From sequence record DRR378314_445: DNA of 64,000 nucleotides, one strand, 5' to 3'. The position numbers were made by a program, and so were the translations under genes. Of this stretch, positions 60,063-64,000 are shown in pieces (position 1 is the first letter of the stretch; every line of letters begins with the position of its first letter). Below the pieces are notes generated by a model that searched no databases, was not told the origin of the DNA, and saw only the letters and a list, made by a program, of their open reading frames with translations.

Positions 60063-60794
60063 TTAGCTTAAGTCGCCAAACTGGTACTGCACGGCGGTTA
60101 GCGCTGAAAGCGCGGCGGTCTCTGTTCTTAGTACTCTTGGCCCTAAACGCATGGGGTTAAACCCTTGTTGCTCGGCGGCACCGACTTCAGTATCAGTGAA
60201 TCCGCCCTCTGGACCAATCAATAATTGTATTCCTTTATCGGCCTGCTGGAATGACGACAACGGCTGGGTGGCGGTTGGGTCTAAGGTTAGGCGCAACCCT
60301 TCAAAGCTGCTTTCAATAAACTCAGTGAGTTGCTGTGCTGGCCTTACTTGTGGAACCACACTACGGCCACATTGCTCGCAGGCAGAATGGACAATTTTCT
60401 GCCATTGCAGCTGTTTCTTCTCCAGCCTGTCGCCACTTAATTTAACACCGCAGCGCTCACTAAACAGTGGGGTAATTTCGGTTACCCCCAGTTCTACCGA
60501 CTTTTGCAGTACAAAGTCCATACGGTCACCGCGCGAAACAACTTGTGCTAAATGAACATTGACCGATGACTCAGTTGCGTTAGCCTGACTGTGGGTGGCA
60601 ATAAACTGTGCTGATTTTTTTTGAACCGAGGTAATTTTCGCCTCATAGTTCTGCCCGTCACCGTTAAATAAAACAATGCTATCACCTACGTTCAAACGCA
60701 ATACTTTGATCAGGTGCTGGAAAGCATCCGGACTCAATTTGGTTTCAGTTTGTAAGCTTATAGAGGCGGGGTGATAAATCCGCGGTACTCGCAT
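60063..60794 (-). CDS. rsmE: 16S rRNA m3U1498 methyltransferase
   Basis: MRVPRIY at 60794, HLIKVLR, QKSVELG, ACEQCGR, IGPEGG and LGPRVLRTETA. Confidence 0.97.
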   Translation of the reverse strand: MRVPRIYHPASISLQTETKLSPDAFQHLIKVLRLNVGDSIVLFNGDGQNYEAKITSVQKKSAQFIATHSQANATESSVNVHLAQVVSRGDRMDFVLQKSVELGVTEITPLFSERCGVKLSGDRLEKKQLQWQKIVHSACEQCGRSVVPQVRPAQQLTEFIESSFEGLRLTLDPTATQPLSSFQQADKGIQLLIGPEGGFTDTEVGAAEQQGFNPMRLGPRVLRTETAALSALTAVQYQFGDLS

Positions 60795-60810
60795 GTCGTC
60801 AGCCTTATTC

Positions 60811-60834
60811 GGACTTTTAGACGTCCAGAAGTAG
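60811..60834. promoter_or_regulatory. Three tandem MetJ boxes upstream of metK
   Basis: GGACTTTT-AGACGTCC-AGAAGTAG match AGACGTCT at 5/8, 7/8 and 5/8 in exact 8-bp register. Confidence 0.7.
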
Positions 60835-60909
60835 AAAAAAACAGAGTGATCGGTTACATTATGCAACCAGTATTAAACGATTTCATTAAAATTAAGGAAT
60901 AGTGGGCAT

Positions 60910-62055
60910 ATGTCACGTCACCTGTTTACCTCAGAGTCAGTGTCCGAAGGGCATCCGGACAAAATTGCCGACCAGATATCCGATGCAGTTTTAGATGCAA
61001 TTTTAGCAAAAGATCCTAAAGCCCGTGTTGCTTGTGAGACCTACGTGAAAACCGGCATGGTACTGGTTGGTGGTGAAATTTCGACAAAGGCCTGGGTTGA
61101 TGTCGAAGACTTGGCGCGTCAAACCGTAAAAGATATTGGTTACCGACACTCTGACATGGGTTTTGATGGTGCTTCGTGTGCTGTCTTAAATGCCATTGGT
61201 AAGCAAAGTGGTGATATCAATCAGGGCGTTGACCGTGCTAACCCGGAAGAGCAGGGCGCCGGTGATCAGGGCTTAATGTTTGGTTATGCCTCAAACGAAA
61301 CCTCAGTTTTAATGCCGGCTCCTATTACTTACGCGCACCGGGTTATGCAGCGTCAGTCGGAAGTACGCAATAACGGTACACTGGACTGGTTGCGTCCGGA
61401 CGCGAAAAGTCAGCTGACCTTCGTTTATGAAAACGGTAAGCCAGTCGCCATTGATACAGTCGTGCTCTCCACTCAGCACCGAGAAGACATTACTCAGGAA
61501 ACGCTGCGCGAAGCGGTGATGGAAGAAATTATCAAGCCTGTATTGCCGGAGCAATGGGTTTCAAAAGACACGCAGTTTCACATTAACCCAACCGGCCGTT
61601 TTGTGGTCGGCGGGCCTATGGGTGACTGCGGCCTGACCGGGCGTAAGATTATTGTCGATACCTATGGCGGCATGGCTCGTCATGGCGGCGGCGCCTTCTC
61701 GGGTAAAGACCCGTCAAAAGTTGACCGCAGCGCAGCTTATGCCGCGCGTTATGTTGCTAAGAACCTGGTCGCTGCGGGTCTGGCTGAACGTTGTGAACTG
61801 CAAATTTCCTATGCTATTGGTGTGGCTGAGCCAACCTCTATTAGCATCGACACCTTTGGTACGTCTAAGCACTCAGAAGAGCAATTAATTGCGCTGGTTC
61901 GTCGTCATTTTGACTTGCGTCCATACGGATTAATCAAAATGCTTGACCTGGAACGCCCAATCTATAAACAGACAGCGGCATACGGGCATTTTGGCCGGGA
62001 CAACCTGCCGTGGGAACAAACCGACAAAGCTGCCGATTTACAGGCTGATATTTAA
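60910..62055 (+). CDS. metK: S-adenosylmethionine synthetase
   Basis: [28 protein letters not shown] and YGHFGR. Confidence 0.99.
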
Positions 62056-62146
62056 ACAAAATATTGCCTATAAATTTGCTTGTACCCCCTGAAATGTGGA
62101 GAATACGCGCATCGCAAGTTGCTCTTCATCTTCCAGGGGGTTTTTC

Positions 62147-64000
62147 ATGTCAGAACGTCAATATCTCGCCAATGCCATCCGCGCGCTTAGTATGGATGCG
62201 GTTCAGAAGGCCAAGTCAGGCCACCCCGGAGCGCCCATGGGTATGGCGGATATCGCAGAAGTTCTCTGGCGTGATTATTTAAAACATAACCCTCATAACC
62301 CAGGCTGGGCTGATCGCGACCGTTTTGTGTTATCGAACGGACACGGGTCAATGCTAATTTATTCGCTATTGCATCTGTCCGGTTATGACCTGAGCATTGA
62401 AGACATTAAACAATTCCGTCAGTTAGACTCAAAAACCCCGGGTCACCCTGAATACGGCTACACCCCTGGTGTAGAAACCACTACCGGGCCGCTGGGCCAG
62501 GGACTTGCAAATGCCGTGGGTATGGCGCTGGCCGAGAAAGTACTGGCTGCGCAATTTAACCGCGACAACCATGAAATTGTTGATCACCACACCTACACTT
62601 TCCTGGGCGACGGCTGTTTGATGGAAGGCATTTCGCACGAAGTTTGCTCTCTGGCCGGCACTTTAGGCTTAGGTAAGCTCATTGCCTTTTACGATGACAA
62701 CGGCATTTCCATTGACGGCGAAGTAGAAGGTTGGTTTACCGACGATACCGCAAAACGTTTTGAGTCTTACGGCTGGCACGTAATTAATAAAGTTGATGGA
62801 CACGATTCAGCTGCCATAACCCGTGCGATTGATGAAGCCCGTGCGAATGACGACAAACCGACTCTTATTATCTGCAAAACGGTAATTGGCTATGGCGCAC
62901 CGAACAAACAAGGTTCTGAAAGCTGCCATGGTGCCCCGCTGGGGGACGACGAAATTGTTGCTGCGCGTAAGCAATTGAACTGGCCGCACCAAGCCTTTGA
63001 AGTACCGGCCGATGTTTACCAAAAATGGTCTGCGGTGGATAAAGGCGCAGCAGTTGAGTCCTCCTGGAATAAGCGCTGGGTTGCGTATGAGCAGGAATAT
63101 CCGCAGCTGGCAAAAGAACTGAAGCGTCGCTTAAACGGCGAACTGCCTGAAGGGTTTGAGAATACGGTGCACAATTACGCGAAGCAGTTACAGAGCAGCC
63201 CTGAAGCGGTAGCGACTCGAAAAGCCTCACTGAACGTACTGAATGAATTCGGTCCTAAACTACCGGAACTGCTAGGCGGCTCCGCCGACTTAGCTGGCTC
63301 AAACTTAACCTTATGGAACGACGCAAAAGGTATTACCGCCGATGACGCCAGTGGTAACTATGTGTTCTACGGAGTCCGCGAGTTTGGCATGTCTGCCATA
63401 ATGAATGGCGTTACTTTGCACGGCGGCTTTAAAGCCTATGGCGCTACCTTCCTGATGTTTATGGAATACGCGCGCAACGCCGTGCGTATGTCTGCGCTTA
63501 TGAAGCAGCCCAGTATTTTTGTTTACACTCACGACTCTATAGGCTTGGGTGAAGACGGGCCGACGCACCAGCCGGTCGAGCAACTGGCTAATTTGCGTCA
63601 AACACCAAACCTGCAGTGCTGGCGTCCGTGCGACCAGGTTGAAACAGCCGTAGCCTGGGGAGCTGCAGTACAAAGCAATAAAACTCCGTCTGCTTTAGTG
63701 TTTAGCCGTCAGGGCATGCAACAGCAAGAGCGCAATGACGACCAGTTAACGAACATTGCCCGGGGCGGTTATGTGCTGAAAGATAGTGACGGCGAGCCGG
63801 ACGTTATTCTAATTGCAACAGGCTCTGAAGTTGATTTAGCCGTTAACGCCTTTGAGCAACTGACTGAAGAGGGGCACAAGGTGCGCGTTGTTTCTATGCC
63901 ATCGACCAACGTGTTTGATATTCAGGATATTGAATACAAAGAGTCGGTACTGCCATCCAGCGTGACTCGCCGCGTTGCCGTTGAAGCTGGTATTGCCGAC
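62147..64000 (+). CDS. tkt: Transketolase, 3' end beyond the window (absent from the ORF track)
   Basis: Manual translation gives [32 protein letters not shown], then [27 protein letters not shown] and [16 protein letters not shown]. Confidence 0.97.
   Translation, partial: MSERQYLANAIRALSMDAVQKAKSGHPGAPMGMADIAEVLWRDYLKHNPHNPGWADRDRFVLSNGHGSMLIYSLLHLSGYDLSIEDIKQFRQLDSKTPGHPEYGYTPGVETTTGPLGQGLANAVGMALAEKVLAAQFNRDNHEIVDHHTYTFLGDGCLMEGISHEVCSLAGTLGLGKLIAFYDDNGISIDGEVEGWFTDDTAKRFESYGWHVINKVDGHDSAAITRAIDEARANDDKPTLIICKTVIGYGAPNKQGSESCHGAPLGDDEIVAARKQLNWPHQAFEVPADVYQKWSAVDKGAAVESSWNKRWVAYEQEYPQLAKELKRRLNGELPEGFENTVHNYAKQLQSSPEAVATRKASLNVLNEFGPKLPELLGGSADLAGSNLTLWNDAKGITADDASGNYVFYGVREFGMSAIMNGVTLHGGFKAYGATFLMFMEYARNAVRMSALMKQPSIFVYTHDSIGLGEDGPTHQPVEQLANLRQTPNLQCWRPCDQVETAVAWGAAVQSNKTPSALVFSRQGMQQQERNDDQLTNIARGGYVLKDSDGEPDVILIATGSEVDLAVNAFEQLTEEGHKVRVVSMPSTNVFDIQDIEYKESVLPSSVTRRVAVEAGIAD

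Noticed and set aside
4136..63673. Many 60-170 aa ORFs in the track that overlap real genes (for example 4136-4504, 7060-7440, 21530-22039, 60151-60555, 62868-63230)
   Set aside because: They are antisense or off-frame shadows of well-supported genes and carry no motif I recognise.
1..64000. CRISPR array, prophage, IS/transposase, integron, rRNA/tRNA or defence island
   Set aside because: No regularly spaced repeats, mobile-element proteins or RNA-gene-like sequence were seen. Intergenic gaps are short and almost all ORFs are recognisable core genes.

Overview
A gene-dense, mostly housekeeping 64-kb chromosomal segment from a gammaproteobacterium. Gene content and order suggest Alteromonadales, possibly Idiomarina; this is an inference and was not checked against a database. 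About 58 CDS are supportable: a TonB receptor, a PspG-like membrane protein, a PCuAC copper chaperone, an outer-membrane barrel and a REC-GGDEF-EAL protein; a His-rich ABC system behind ppa and fbp; mpl-ubiX-yadGH-methyltransferase-panP facing panC-panB-folK-pcnB-gluQ-dksA-sfsA; pepB-hrpB-mrcB; hemL-pyrB-hemJ-clc; erpA-pepQ; anmK-M23 peptidase and tyrS; an MCP; apaH-apaG-rsmA-pdxA-surA-lptD; amgK-murU-djlA; rluA-rapA; a PIN-PhoH protein; two hypotheticals behind yqgF-yqgE-gshB-rsmE; metK; and a transketolase cut by the window end. I saw no rRNA, tRNA, CRISPR array, prophage, transposase or defence island, and I cannot honestly claim a large new system. The most informative signals are small. 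They are an AUU start for pcnB that the ORF track misses, candidate sigma54, sigma32 and sigma28 promoters, candidate IscR, MetJ and Pho sites, a CLC protein with a rewritten selectivity filter, a TrmB paralog lacking the catalytic Asp, and a possible heat-shock unit ending in an uncharacterised secreted Cys-His-Asp enzyme.
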